NCBI GenBank assembly: GCA_965541615.1
Contig: CBEUCJ010000002.1
Coordinates: forward strand, 31,795 to 95,794
From: an uncultured bacterium
GTDB lineage: Bacteria > Omnitrophota > Gorgyraeia > Duberdicusellales > CBEUCJ01
Reading direction: 5' to 3'
Length of the DNA: 64,000 nt
Shown here one piece after another: positions 13,091 through 21,590 of the stretch. The position numbers were made by a program, and so were the translations under genes. Within the stretch, counting starts at the first letter, position 1; every line of letters starts with the position of its first letter. A model generated the notes under the pieces. It did not search any database and was not told the origin of the DNA. It saw only the letters and a list, made by a program, of their open reading frames with translations.

Positions 13091-13749
13091 AGATTTTTTT
13101 AGACACAGCTAATTTAGATCATATCAAAAAAGCATTAGAATGGGGAGTTTTAGATGGAGTAACTACTAATCCTACCTTACTCTCTAAGGAAGGTAAAGAC
13201 CCAATCTTGCAACTTAAGAAAATATGTGAGTTAGTAAAAGGTCCTGTAAGTGCAGAAGTAATAGGTTTAGATTCTCAAACTATGGTTACAGAAGCTCAAG
13301 AACTATCAAAAATAGCTCCTAATATTTGCATAAAGATACCTTTAACATTTGAAGGGTTAAAAGCAGTGAGAGTTTTAAAAGAGAAAGGTATAAAGACTAA
13401 CGTTACTTTGTGTTTTTCACCTTCTCAAGCACTGTTAGCTGCAAAAGCAGGAGCAGATTTTATTTCACCTTTTATAGGTAGATTAGATGATATTTCTTCT
13501 TATGGAATGAGATTAGTTTCAGATATAAAACTAATTTATGATAATTATGGGTTCAAAACTCAAATAATAGTAGCTTCTGTGAGGCATCCTATGCATGTTT
13601 TAGAAGCTGCTAAAATCGGAGCTCATATTTGCACACTACCTTTTGAAGTTTTAGAGAAATTAATAAAACACCCTTTAACTGATATAGGAATTCAAAGGTT
13701 TTTGCAAGATTGGAAAAAATTGCAGGATCTTTTAAAAGAAAAAGAATGA
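13087..13749 (+). CDS. transaldolase / fructose-6-phosphate aldolase family
   Basis: 220 aa; [11 protein letters not shown]...GVTTNPTL typical of short transaldolases. Confidence 0.8.
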   Translation: MKIFLDTANLDHIKKALEWGVLDGVTTNPTLLSKEGKDPILQLKKICELVKGPVSAEVIGLDSQTMVTEAQELSKIAPNICIKIPLTFEGLKAVRVLKEKGIKTNVTLCFSPSQALLAAKAGADFISPFIGRLDDISSYGMRLVSDIKLIYDNYGFKTQIIVASVRHPMHVLEAAKIGAHICTLPFEVLEKLIKHPLTDIGIQRFLQDWKKLQDLLKEKE

Positions 13750-15764
13750 AAAAATTTTTTCTTTTTGTCTTATTTTTTTTGTTAAACCCATTTGTGCATC
13801 CTCAAAAGAAAAAAGAGATCTTACCTATAAAAGTGAAAGCAGATAAAATTGAGTATTTTACTGAAAAAAATTTAATAAATGCAATTGGAAATGTAGTAAT
13901 TACTTACAAAGATGTAAGATTAACTTGCCAAAAAGCCCAAGTAAATACAAAGACTAAAGATGTTTTAGCAGAAGGTAAAGTTTTGGTAAAGACTACTTCA
14001 GGAAAAATTTTAAAATGCAAAAAGATACTATATAACTTAGATAAGAAAACAGGAAAGATTTTTAAAAGCAGATGGGAAGCAGCTCCTTTTTATGGATTTT
14101 CTGAAATTTCAGAGCAAATCTCTCAAAAACATTTGGTAGCAAAAAAAGCTTGGATTTCTACTTGCGATTTAGAAAAGCCTCACTGGAAATTATGTGCTAA
14201 AAGAGTAGATATTTATCCACAAGATAAGATAATAGCAAAGAATGTAGTAATGAAGATTTTAGATATACCTGTATTTTATTTTCCTGTTTATATTCAGCCT
14301 TTAAAAGATAGAGTTTTCAGATTTGGCATTATACCTGGTAGAGATAAAGAATGGGGATTGTACCTCCTTACTTATTACAGGTATTATCTTACTGAGGCTC
14401 TAAAAGGAAAATTGCGTTTGGATTGGAGAGAAAATTGGGGTATAGCTGAAGGTATAGATGCAGATTTGGATTTGAAAGAAAAAGGAGCAGTTAATTTAAA
14501 GCTCTATTGTACAGATGAAGAGAAAAAACTAAATGGTTTTTTCCGATACAGAGTAGATCTTTCTTCCAAAATGAATCCGTTCAAAGGCATGTATTTAGTA
14601 ACTGAGTTCCATAAATTTAAAGATAAAGAGTTCTTGAAAGATTATTTTTATCCTGAGTATGAAAAAAGACCTTTTCCAGAAAGTTATTTTTATATAAGTA
14701 AAAATTTTAAATCAGCATCTGTAGGTTTGGAAGTAAAAAAAAGAGCTAATCATTTCTTTACAGTTACTGAATTCTTACCCAAAGTTTGGTTTAAAATCTA
14801 TAACTACAATTTTAAAAATTTTTATTATGATTCTGAGTTAGAGTTTGTTAATTTCAACAAAAAATACGCTTCTTCAGATTTAGATATAGATTGTTTGAGA
14901 GTATTTTTTTCTCAAAGAATTTCTTTTCCTAAACAAGTAAAAGGTTTTACTTTTTTACTTTACACAGGGAGTGATATTGGTTTTTATTCTAAGACAAAAG
15001 ACACAGAAAATGTAACTAAAAGTAGCTTTAAGAGTGGAGTTTCTTTAAATACAAGTCTTTTTAAAATATATGAATTTCCAAAATTTTTTTTAAGACACAT
15101 AGTTGAGCCTAAAGTTTCATTTGATTTTATTAATAAACCCACTTTTGAGAAAGACAGACTCTTTATATTTGATTCTAAGGATAAAATAGACTATATTAAA
15201 AAATTTACTTTTACTTTAAACAACTTTGTAGATATGAAAAGAGAGTCTTTGAAAAAAAGACTTTTAAAATCAGAAATAGAAGTAGATTACTTTTTGGATT
15301 CTTATCAAGAAAAGGGCTTTAAAGATTTAAAAGAAAAATTAGAGTTCTTTATATTTAGAAAAATAAGGTTTAAAAATGATCTCACCTATTCCTTAAAAGA
15401 ACATCATCTTTTAAATACTTCATCTGATTTTACATTCCCTCTTTCTCAAAAAATTAAACTTAATGTGGGTCATTATTTTTCTCGTGATATCTCAAATTCT
15501 TTAACTGCACAGATAGATTTTTCTCCCAATTATAAATGGCAGTTTAGGTATTATCAAAGATATGATTTTAAAAGAGGAGAATTCAGTTACCATCAATTTA
15601 AAATTAGAAGAGATTTACATTGTTGGTTTTGTGATGTTATCATTACCAGAGATCAAAATAAAAATTGGGGTTTTTATATTGCCTTTAGATTAAAGGCATT
15701 TCCTAATATAGGTGTTGATTTTGAAACTACTTATCATGGACCTGGAAGTTCAGGAGAAAAATGA
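13710..15764 (+). CDS. lptD: LPS-assembly outer membrane protein LptD-like
   Basis: 684 aa; signal peptide, OstA-like N-terminal domain, long aromatic-rich beta-barrel-like C-terminal region. Confidence 0.55.
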   Translation: MEKIAGSFKRKRMKKFFLFVLFFLLNPFVHPQKKKEILPIKVKADKIEYFTEKNLINAIGNVVITYKDVRLTCQKAQVNTKTKDVLAEGKVLVKTTSGKILKCKKILYNLDKKTGKIFKSRWEAAPFYGFSEISEQISQKHLVAKKAWISTCDLEKPHWKLCAKRVDIYPQDKIIAKNVVMKILDIPVFYFPVYIQPLKDRVFRFGIIPGRDKEWGLYLLTYYRYYLTEALKGKLRLDWRENWGIAEGIDADLDLKEKGAVNLKLYCTDEEKKLNGFFRYRVDLSSKMNPFKGMYLVTEFHKFKDKEFLKDYFYPEYEKRPFPESYFYISKNFKSASVGLEVKKRANHFFTVTEFLPKVWFKIYNYNFKNFYYDSELEFVNFNKKYASSDLDIDCLRVFFSQRISFPKQVKGFTFLLYTGSDIGFYSKTKDTENVTKSSFKSGVSLNTSLFKIYEFPKFFLRHIVEPKVSFDFINKPTFEKDRLFIFDSKDKIDYIKKFTFTLNNFVDMKRESLKKRLLKSEIEVDYFLDSYQEKGFKDLKEKLEFFIFRKIRFKNDLTYSLKEHHLLNTSSDFTFPLSQKIKLNVGHYFSRDISNSLTAQIDFSPNYKWQFRYYQRYDFKRGEFSYHQFKIRRDLHCWFCDVIITRDQNKNWGFYIAFRLKAFPNIGVDFETTYHGPGSSGEK

Positions 15765-17068
15765 GTAGTTTTCTAAATCTTGAATACAAGATAAAAAATA
15801 AAAAAGCCAAAATCGGAATAATAGGGTTAGGATATGTAGGATTGAATTTAGCTGTGAGTTTTGCAAAAGCAGGTTTTATTGTAAAAGGCTATGACATAGA
15901 TAAAGAAAAGATAAAAAGTATTGAGAAAGGTCAAAGTTACATTATAGATGTTGAATCTCAGATTTTGAAGAAATTAATAAAAGAGAAAAGAATAGAAGTA
16001 TTCTTAACACCAGAATTTTTAAAATCTGTAGAGGTAGTATTAATCTGTGTGTCTACACCTCTTTCAAAGACTCGTCAGCCAGACCTTACAAATATTTTAA
16101 ATGTAACGAATTTAATTAAAAAATATATTCATAAAGAGATGTTAATAGTTTTAGAGAGTACTGTTTTTCCTGGAACTACTCAAGAACTCTTGTTGCCTGC
16201 ATTTTCAGAGACAGGCTTAAAAGTAGGAAAAGATTTTTTCTTATGTTCTTCTCCTGAGAGAATAGACCCAGCAAATAAAAGATTCAGGTTAGAAAACATT
16301 CCTAAACTTGTAGGAGGAGTTACAAGGAATTGTTCTAAATTAGCAGTTCTATTATATAAAAATATAATTAAAAACATCTTTGTTGTCTCAAACCCTAAGA
16401 CAGCTGAAATGGCTAAATTATTAGAAAATACATTTAGAGCAGTAAACATAGCCCTTGTTAATGAAATGGCTTTAATATGCAGAAAATTGAATATAGATAT
16501 TTGGGAAGTAATAGAATCTGCTTCTACCAAACCTTTTGGATTTATGAAATTTTTGCCAGGACCTGGTATAGGAGGAGAGTGCATTCCAGTAGATCCTTTG
16601 TATTTAGCATGGAAAGCTAGATTTGAAGGTTTCCAACCTCAATTAATAGAATTAGCTTCTCAAATTAATTTTTATATGCCTGAGTATGTTACTCATAGAA
16701 TATTAGAAATCCTTAACATGAATTCAAAGACTATAAGAAATTCAAAGATATTAATATTAGGAGTAGCTTACAAAAAAGATACTCAAGATACAAAAGAGTC
16801 CCCAGCTCTCACTATTATAAAAAATTTATTGACTCTCAAAGCAAGAGTTAATTTTTCAGATCCTTATGTAAATTTTATAGAGATAAATAATAGAAAACTC
16901 TTTTCTAAGAAATTAACTTCAAGACTTTTAAAAGAACAAGACTTAGTAGTAATAGTTACAGACCATTCTAAATTTGACTATAAGTTTATTTTAAATAACT
17001 CTGATTTAATCTTTGATTGTAGAGGAGTATATAAAAACTATAAAAATAAAAAAATCATAAAATTATGA
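15761..17068 (+). CDS. UDP-N-acetyl-D-hexosamine / nucleotide-sugar dehydrogenase (WecC/Ugd family)
   Basis: 435 aa; N-terminal Rossmann IGIIGLGYVGL, central catalytic Cys region (GGECIPVD), UDPG_MGDP_dh architecture. Confidence 0.75.
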   Translation: MSSFLNLEYKIKNKKAKIGIIGLGYVGLNLAVSFAKAGFIVKGYDIDKEKIKSIEKGQSYIIDVESQILKKLIKEKRIEVFLTPEFLKSVEVVLICVSTPLSKTRQPDLTNILNVTNLIKKYIHKEMLIVLESTVFPGTTQELLLPAFSETGLKVGKDFFLCSSPERIDPANKRFRLENIPKLVGGVTRNCSKLAVLLYKNIIKNIFVVSNPKTAEMAKLLENTFRAVNIALVNEMALICRKLNIDIWEVIESASTKPFGFMKFLPGPGIGGECIPVDPLYLAWKARFEGFQPQLIELASQINFYMPEYVTHRILEILNMNSKTIRNSKILILGVAYKKDTQDTKESPALTIIKNLLTLKARVNFSDPYVNFIEINNRKLFSKKLTSRLLKEQDLVVIVTDHSKFDYKFILNNSDLIFDCRGVYKNYKNKKIIKL

Positions 17069-18039
17069 GTCTTAGAAATAAAAAGATTTTGATAACAGGA
17101 GGTTGTGGGTTTATTGGTTCACATTTAGTGAGAAGATTAGTAAATCTGAGAGCCAAAATTTTTGTGATAGATAATTTGATCTCTTCACAGATTTTAAATA
17201 TAAAAGATGTGTTGAACAAAATAAAGTTTTTTAAAATAAGTATTACAGATTATAAAAAGTTAAAAAATATTTTTTCAGATTATAAATTTGATTTTATCTC
17301 TCATCAGGCAGCTTTAGTAAGTGTTGCTGAATCTATGGAAGATCCTGAAGAATACATAAAAGTAAATATCAAAGGAACTTTGTATCTTTTAGAGTTAGCC
17401 AGAAAAAATAAAGTTAAAAAATTCGTTTTTGCGTCTTCAAGTTCTGTTTATGGAGAAAAAGAAAAAGTTTATTTTAAAGAGTCAGATTCTCCAGAGCCTA
17501 TATCTATTTATGCTTTGACAAAATTAGCAGGAGAAAATTTATGTAATATTTTTTATAAAAATTTCAAATTGAAAACAGTCTCTTTAAGATATTTTAATGT
17601 GTATGGTCCTTTTCAATCCTTAAAATCTCAATATGCATGCGTAGTTCCAAAGTTTATAACCTGTATATTAAAAGAAGAGCCTCCTCCTATTTATGGAGAT
17701 GGAAAGCAATCGAGAGATTTTGTGTTTGTAGAAGATGTTGTAGAAGCAAATATTCTATCTTTTTTAAACTCTCAAGCAGATGGTCAAATTTTTAATGTAG
17801 CTACAGGCAGAGCTTACTCTGTCTTAGAATTATTAGATATTTTGAAAGAAATCTCAAATAAAAAAATTAAGCCCTTATTTTGTAAACCCCGTCCAGGAGA
17901 TGTTTTCTATACCAGAGCAAGTCTAAAAAAAGCAAAAAAAATATTGGGTTTTATACCTAAAGTAAGCTTTAAGAGAGGCCTAAAAATTACTTTTGATTGG
18001 TTTAGAAAAAATACTTGGTTTTGGAAAATTCAATTTTAA
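17065..18039 (+). CDS. NAD-dependent epimerase/dehydratase (UDP-sugar 4-epimerase-like)
   Basis: 324 aa; TGGCGFIGSHLV Rossmann motif and YxxxK (YALTK). Confidence 0.8.
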   Translation: MSLRNKKILITGGCGFIGSHLVRRLVNLRAKIFVIDNLISSQILNIKDVLNKIKFFKISITDYKKLKNIFSDYKFDFISHQAALVSVAESMEDPEEYIKVNIKGTLYLLELARKNKVKKFVFASSSSVYGEKEKVYFKESDSPEPISIYALTKLAGENLCNIFYKNFKLKTVSLRYFNVYGPFQSLKSQYACVVPKFITCILKEEPPPIYGDGKQSRDFVFVEDVVEANILSFLNSQADGQIFNVATGRAYSVLELLDILKEISNKKIKPLFCKPRPGDVFYTRASLKKAKKILGFIPKVSFKRGLKITFDWFRKNTWFWKIQF

Positions 18040-18834
18040 ATGATAAAAGTATTGATTACAGAGATCGAAAGTTCTTTGGGAGTGCATTTATCTGAATACC
18101 TTTTAAAATTAGAAAATGTAGAGATCTATGGTATTTTAAAATCAGATTCTAAAGAAGAGAAAATAGTTTCTATAAAAGATCAGGTAAAAATTTACAAGCA
18201 AAGTAAAAAAGATTTTTCAATAAGAAAGATCTTAGAAGAAGTAAAACCACACAAAATATTCTGTTTTAAAAATTTTGAAACTGAAATTTTAAAAGAGACA
18301 AAAAATGTATCTCCAGAAACTATAATTCAGATAGAGATGATAGGAGATTTCCCTACAATCTTTGAAAATTTAAAAATAATTTTTACCAAAACTCCTCTTT
18401 ATACAGGTCCTTTAGTAGAATCTTCTGAAGATCCTTTTTTTTCAAAGTTAGCTGAGCAGATAGTTTTAATAGAAAAAGGATTTAAAGAACCTGTAATACA
18501 TTTAAAGGAAGTAAAAACATTACCTGTTCTAGATGTAAGAGATTTAGTGAAAGCTTATTGGTTAATAACAGAGGTAGGTAGATTCAGAGAGGTTTATGGA
18601 ATTTATTCAAGAAAGTATAGATTAAAAGAAATTTTAAATCTTTTTTTAAGTCTTTCTCAAATAAAACCTGAAATAAAATATACTTTTGAAGATGAAAAAA
18701 TTATATTTTCTATTTCTGAAGAGGAAGTAAAGAACTTTAAAAAAAGAGCATATTGGCGTCCACAAATTCCTATACACATAACATTCAGAGATTTATTAAA
18801 CTGGTATAGGAAAAAAATTACCAAAAAATTATAG
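18040..18834 (+). CDS. hypothetical protein, degenerate SDR/epimerase-like
   Basis: 264 aa; N-terminus KVLITEIESSLGVHLSEYL aligns to the TGGxGFIGSHL motif of the upstream epimerase but lacks the glycines; start abuts the upstream stop. Confidence 0.35.
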   Translation: MIKVLITEIESSLGVHLSEYLLKLENVEIYGILKSDSKEEKIVSIKDQVKIYKQSKKDFSIRKILEEVKPHKIFCFKNFETEILKETKNVSPETIIQIEMIGDFPTIFENLKIIFTKTPLYTGPLVESSEDPFFSKLAEQIVLIEKGFKEPVIHLKEVKTLPVLDVRDLVKAYWLITEVGRFREVYGIYSRKYRLKEILNLFLSLSQIKPEIKYTFEDEKIIFSISEEEVKNFKKRAYWRPQIPIHITFRDLLNWYRKKITKKL

Positions 18835-18863
18835 TTGACATGATTTTTGAAAAATGTATATTT
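18835..18863 (+). promoter_or_regulatory. sigma70-type promoter upstream of the inositol-phosphate/DIP genes (TTGACA-16-TATATT)
   Basis: Perfect -35 TTGACA at 18835-18840, -10 TATATT at 18857-18862; about 100-nt leader to the ATG at 18970; sits in the 135-bp gap (18835-18969), the third-largest in the window. Confidence 0.5.
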
Positions 18864-18969
18864 ATATTATTAATATAAAACTACCTAAAGAAATTTAAAA
18901 TCTTTTCTGTATTTTCATTCTTTTTAAGAGATTCAAAAAATTTGTTAACCTAAAAAGGAGGGAAAGAAG

Positions 18970-20067
18970 ATGAAAAAGATTAGAATAGCATTAATTGGTG
19001 TAGGGAATTGTGCAAGTAGTTTAATTCAGGGAATTTATTATTATAAAAATAAAAAATCTTCTCAAAAAATACCAGGATTAATGCATTTTGAGATTGGAGG
19101 TTATAAACCTGGTGATATAGAAGTTGTAGCTGCATTTGATATAGACAAAAGAAAAGTAGGTAAAGACGTAAGAGATGCCATCTTCACACAACCTAATTGC
19201 ACTACTATTTTTTATAAAGATGTGCCTAAATTAGGAGTAAAAGTACTAAAAGGAAAAGTTTTAGATGGATATTCAGCTCATATGGCAGAATATCCAGAAG
19301 ATAAATCTTTTGTAATTTCAGAAGAAGAAGAAGTTGATATTGTAAAAGTCTTAAAAGAAACAAAAGCAGAGATAGCTTTAAATTACTTACCTGTAGGATC
19401 TGAAGAAGCATCTAGATTCTATGCTAACTGCTGTTTAGAAGCAGGTGTTGCTTTCATAAACTGTATGCCTACTTTTATTGCTTCAGATAAAATTTGGGCA
19501 AAGAGATTTGAGGAAAAAGGAATCCCCATAGTAGGAGATGATATAAAATCTCAATTAGGAGCTACTATCGTTCACAGAACTCTTGCGAAATTATTTTTAG
19601 ACAGAGGAGTAAAGTTAGATAGAACCTATCAAATAAATATAGGAGGAAATGCAGACTTTTTAAATATGTTAGCAAGAGAAAGGTTAAAATCAAAAAAGAT
19701 ATCTAAAACTCAAGCTGTGCAATCCATATTAGACGTTCCTTTAGAAACAGAAAACATTCATATAGGACCTTCTGATTATATTCCATGGTTAAAGGACAAC
19801 AAAATCTGTTATATAAGAATGGATGGTAGAATCTTTGGAGATGTGCCTATAAGTTTAGAATTAAGATTAAGTGTTGAAGACTCACCTAACTCTGCAGGTT
19901 CTGTAATAGATGCTATCAGATGCTGCAAATTAGCTTTAGATAGGAAAATAGGAGGAGCTTTAATTTCAATCTCTGCTTATACTATGAAGCATCCTCCCAA
20001 ACAATTTCCAGATGAAAAAGCCAAGCAAATGGTAGAAGAATTTATTCAAGGCAAACGCCAAAGGTAA
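18970..20067 (+). CDS. myo-inositol-1-phosphate synthase (short archaeal/thermophile type)
   Basis: 365 aa; IGVGNCASSLIQG N-terminus and overall length typical of short MIPS; strong upstream promoter and RBS GGAGGG. Confidence 0.85.
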   Translation: MKKIRIALIGVGNCASSLIQGIYYYKNKKSSQKIPGLMHFEIGGYKPGDIEVVAAFDIDKRKVGKDVRDAIFTQPNCTTIFYKDVPKLGVKVLKGKVLDGYSAHMAEYPEDKSFVISEEEEVDIVKVLKETKAEIALNYLPVGSEEASRFYANCCLEAGVAFINCMPTFIASDKIWAKRFEEKGIPIVGDDIKSQLGATIVHRTLAKLFLDRGVKLDRTYQINIGGNADFLNMLARERLKSKKISKTQAVQSILDVPLETENIHIGPSDYIPWLKDNKICYIRMDGRIFGDVPISLELRLSVEDSPNSAGSVIDAIRCCKLALDRKIGGALISISAYTMKHPPKQFPDEKAKQMVEEFIQGKRQR

Positions 20068-20076
20068 AGTGTTAAT

Positions 20077-21402
20077 TTGAAGGTATTAATAATTGCAGCA
20101 GGTAAAGGAGAGAGATTAAAGCCACTGATTAAAGATTTACCAAAACCTTTAACCCCTCTATTAGGCCTGTCTCTAATTGAAAGAGTAATCCTCACCTGTA
20201 GAAAAACTGGTTTTAGAGAATTCTTAGTAGTTGTAGGATTTAAATCTCAAATGATAAAAAATAAGATAGGTAATGGTCAAAAATACAAAGTAAACATTGG
20301 GTACATTGAGAATAATGAATGGACAAAAGGAAATGGAATTTCAGTCTTGAAAGCAAAAGATTTCTTAAAAGAAGAATTTATCCTTTTAATGGCAGACCAC
20401 ATTTTTGATGTAAAGATTTTAGAAAAAATAAGAGATTTTTGTATAAATAAAGATGAATGTGTTTTAGCTATAGATAAAAATCCTACAAGGTTTATAGACA
20501 TACAAGAAGCTACAAAAGTAAAAACGGAAGGAGATTACATTATTGATATTGGAAAAAATATTTCAGATTACAATGGTTTAGATTGTGGAATATTTAAAGC
20601 AACTCCTGTTCTTTTTGAAGCTTTAGAGGAAAGTGTGAAAAAAGGAGCTCAGACTCTTACAGATGGTATAAGACTTTTAGCAAAAAATAAGAGAATGAGA
20701 TATTTAGAGATAGAAAAAGATAATTTTTGGATAGATATAGATACACCTTCTGATTTGGAAAAGGCTGAAAAGATCTTATGTAAAGATTTGGTAAAGCTAA
20801 CTGATGGTCCTATATCCAGATTTTTAAATAGACCTATTTCAATAAGGATATCAAAATTTTTAGTAAGAACTGAAGTTACACCAAATTTTATATCTTTTTT
20901 AAGTTTTGGTTTGAGTATAATTTCAGCTTGGTTTTTTTCTTTAGGAGATTATCTTTCTAACATATTAGCTGGAGTTATAGCTCAACTCTCTTCAATAATA
21001 GATGGATGTGATGGTGAAATAGCCAGATTAAAATTTAAAGAATCTGAATATGGAGCTTGGTTCGATGCAGTTTTAGACAGGTATGCAGATGCTTTAATCA
21101 TTATAGGTATGACAATAGGAATTTATAGATTTCTAATAGAGCCTAAAATATTGATCACAGGTTTTCTGGCATTAACTGGTTCTTTTATGATGAGTTACAC
21201 AGCTGATAAATATGATTCTATTTTCAGAAGGAAAAAAGTTTTGCCAAAAGTAAGGTTAGGAAGAGATGTGAGATTATTCTTGATAATGATAGGAGCCTTT
21301 TTTAACAAGATATTTTTAACTCTGTTCATATTGGCTTTATTTTCAAATTTGGAAGTAATAAGAAGAATTTATATATTAAAGAAAAAAATTAAACCTGCCT
21401 GA
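20077..21402 (+). CDS. bifunctional CTP:inositol-1-phosphate cytidylyltransferase / CDP-inositol:inositol-1-phosphate transferase (IPCT/DIPPS)
   Basis: 441 aa; N-terminal nucleotidyltransferase (VLIIAAGKGERLKPL); C-terminal membrane CDP-alcohol phosphatidyltransferase (DGCDGEIAR...AVLDRYADA). Confidence 0.8.
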   Translation: MKVLIIAAGKGERLKPLIKDLPKPLTPLLGLSLIERVILTCRKTGFREFLVVVGFKSQMIKNKIGNGQKYKVNIGYIENNEWTKGNGISVLKAKDFLKEEFILLMADHIFDVKILEKIRDFCINKDECVLAIDKNPTRFIDIQEATKVKTEGDYIIDIGKNISDYNGLDCGIFKATPVLFEALEESVKKGAQTLTDGIRLLAKNKRMRYLEIEKDNFWIDIDTPSDLEKAEKILCKDLVKLTDGPISRFLNRPISIRISKFLVRTEVTPNFISFLSFGLSIISAWFFSLGDYLSNILAGVIAQLSSIIDGCDGEIARLKFKESEYGAWFDAVLDRYADALIIIGMTIGIYRFLIEPKILITGFLALTGSFMMSYTADKYDSIFRRKKVLPKVRLGRDVRLFLIMIGAFFNKIFLTLFILALFSNLEVIRRIYILKKKIKPA

Positions 21403-21427
21403 AAGATTTTTCTTTTATATAAAATTG

Positions 21428-21456
21428 TTGAAAAAAGAATGAAAAATAAATAAAAT
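21428..21456 (+). promoter_or_regulatory. candidate promoter for tRNA-Thr/metE (TTGAAA-17-TAAAAT)
   Basis: Hexamers read from sequence about 37 nt upstream of the tRNA 5' end; the AT-rich background makes chance matches likely. Confidence 0.3.
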
Positions 21457-21493
21457 TAAAAAAATTATCAATTTTTAAATTACTTTTCTAAAA

Positions 21494-21565
21494 GCCCACG
21501 TAGCTCAGTGGTAGAGCACCTCACTCGTAATGAGGGGGTCGCAGGTTCAAATCCTGCCGTGGGCT
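21494..21565 (+). tRNA. tRNA-Thr (anticodon CGU)
   Basis: Cloverleaf folded by hand: 7-bp acceptor GCCCACG/CGTGGGC, D-arm GCTC AGTGGTA GAGC, anticodon stem CCTCA/TGAGG with loop CTCGTAA (CGT at 21526-21528), T-arm GCAGG TTCAAAT CCTGC, discriminator T; CCA not encoded. Confidence 0.85.
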
Positions 21566-21590
21566 TTTAAAAAAGGAGGAAAACTCAAAG

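Noticed and set aside
16180-16584. 134-aa antisense ORF inside the nucleotide-sugar dehydrogenase gene
   Set aside because: It lies entirely within a well-supported + strand CDS. In an AT-rich genome, long antisense ORFs arise by chance because stop codons are depleted on the complementary strand of Lys/Glu-rich genes; there is no RBS and the composition is low-complexity.
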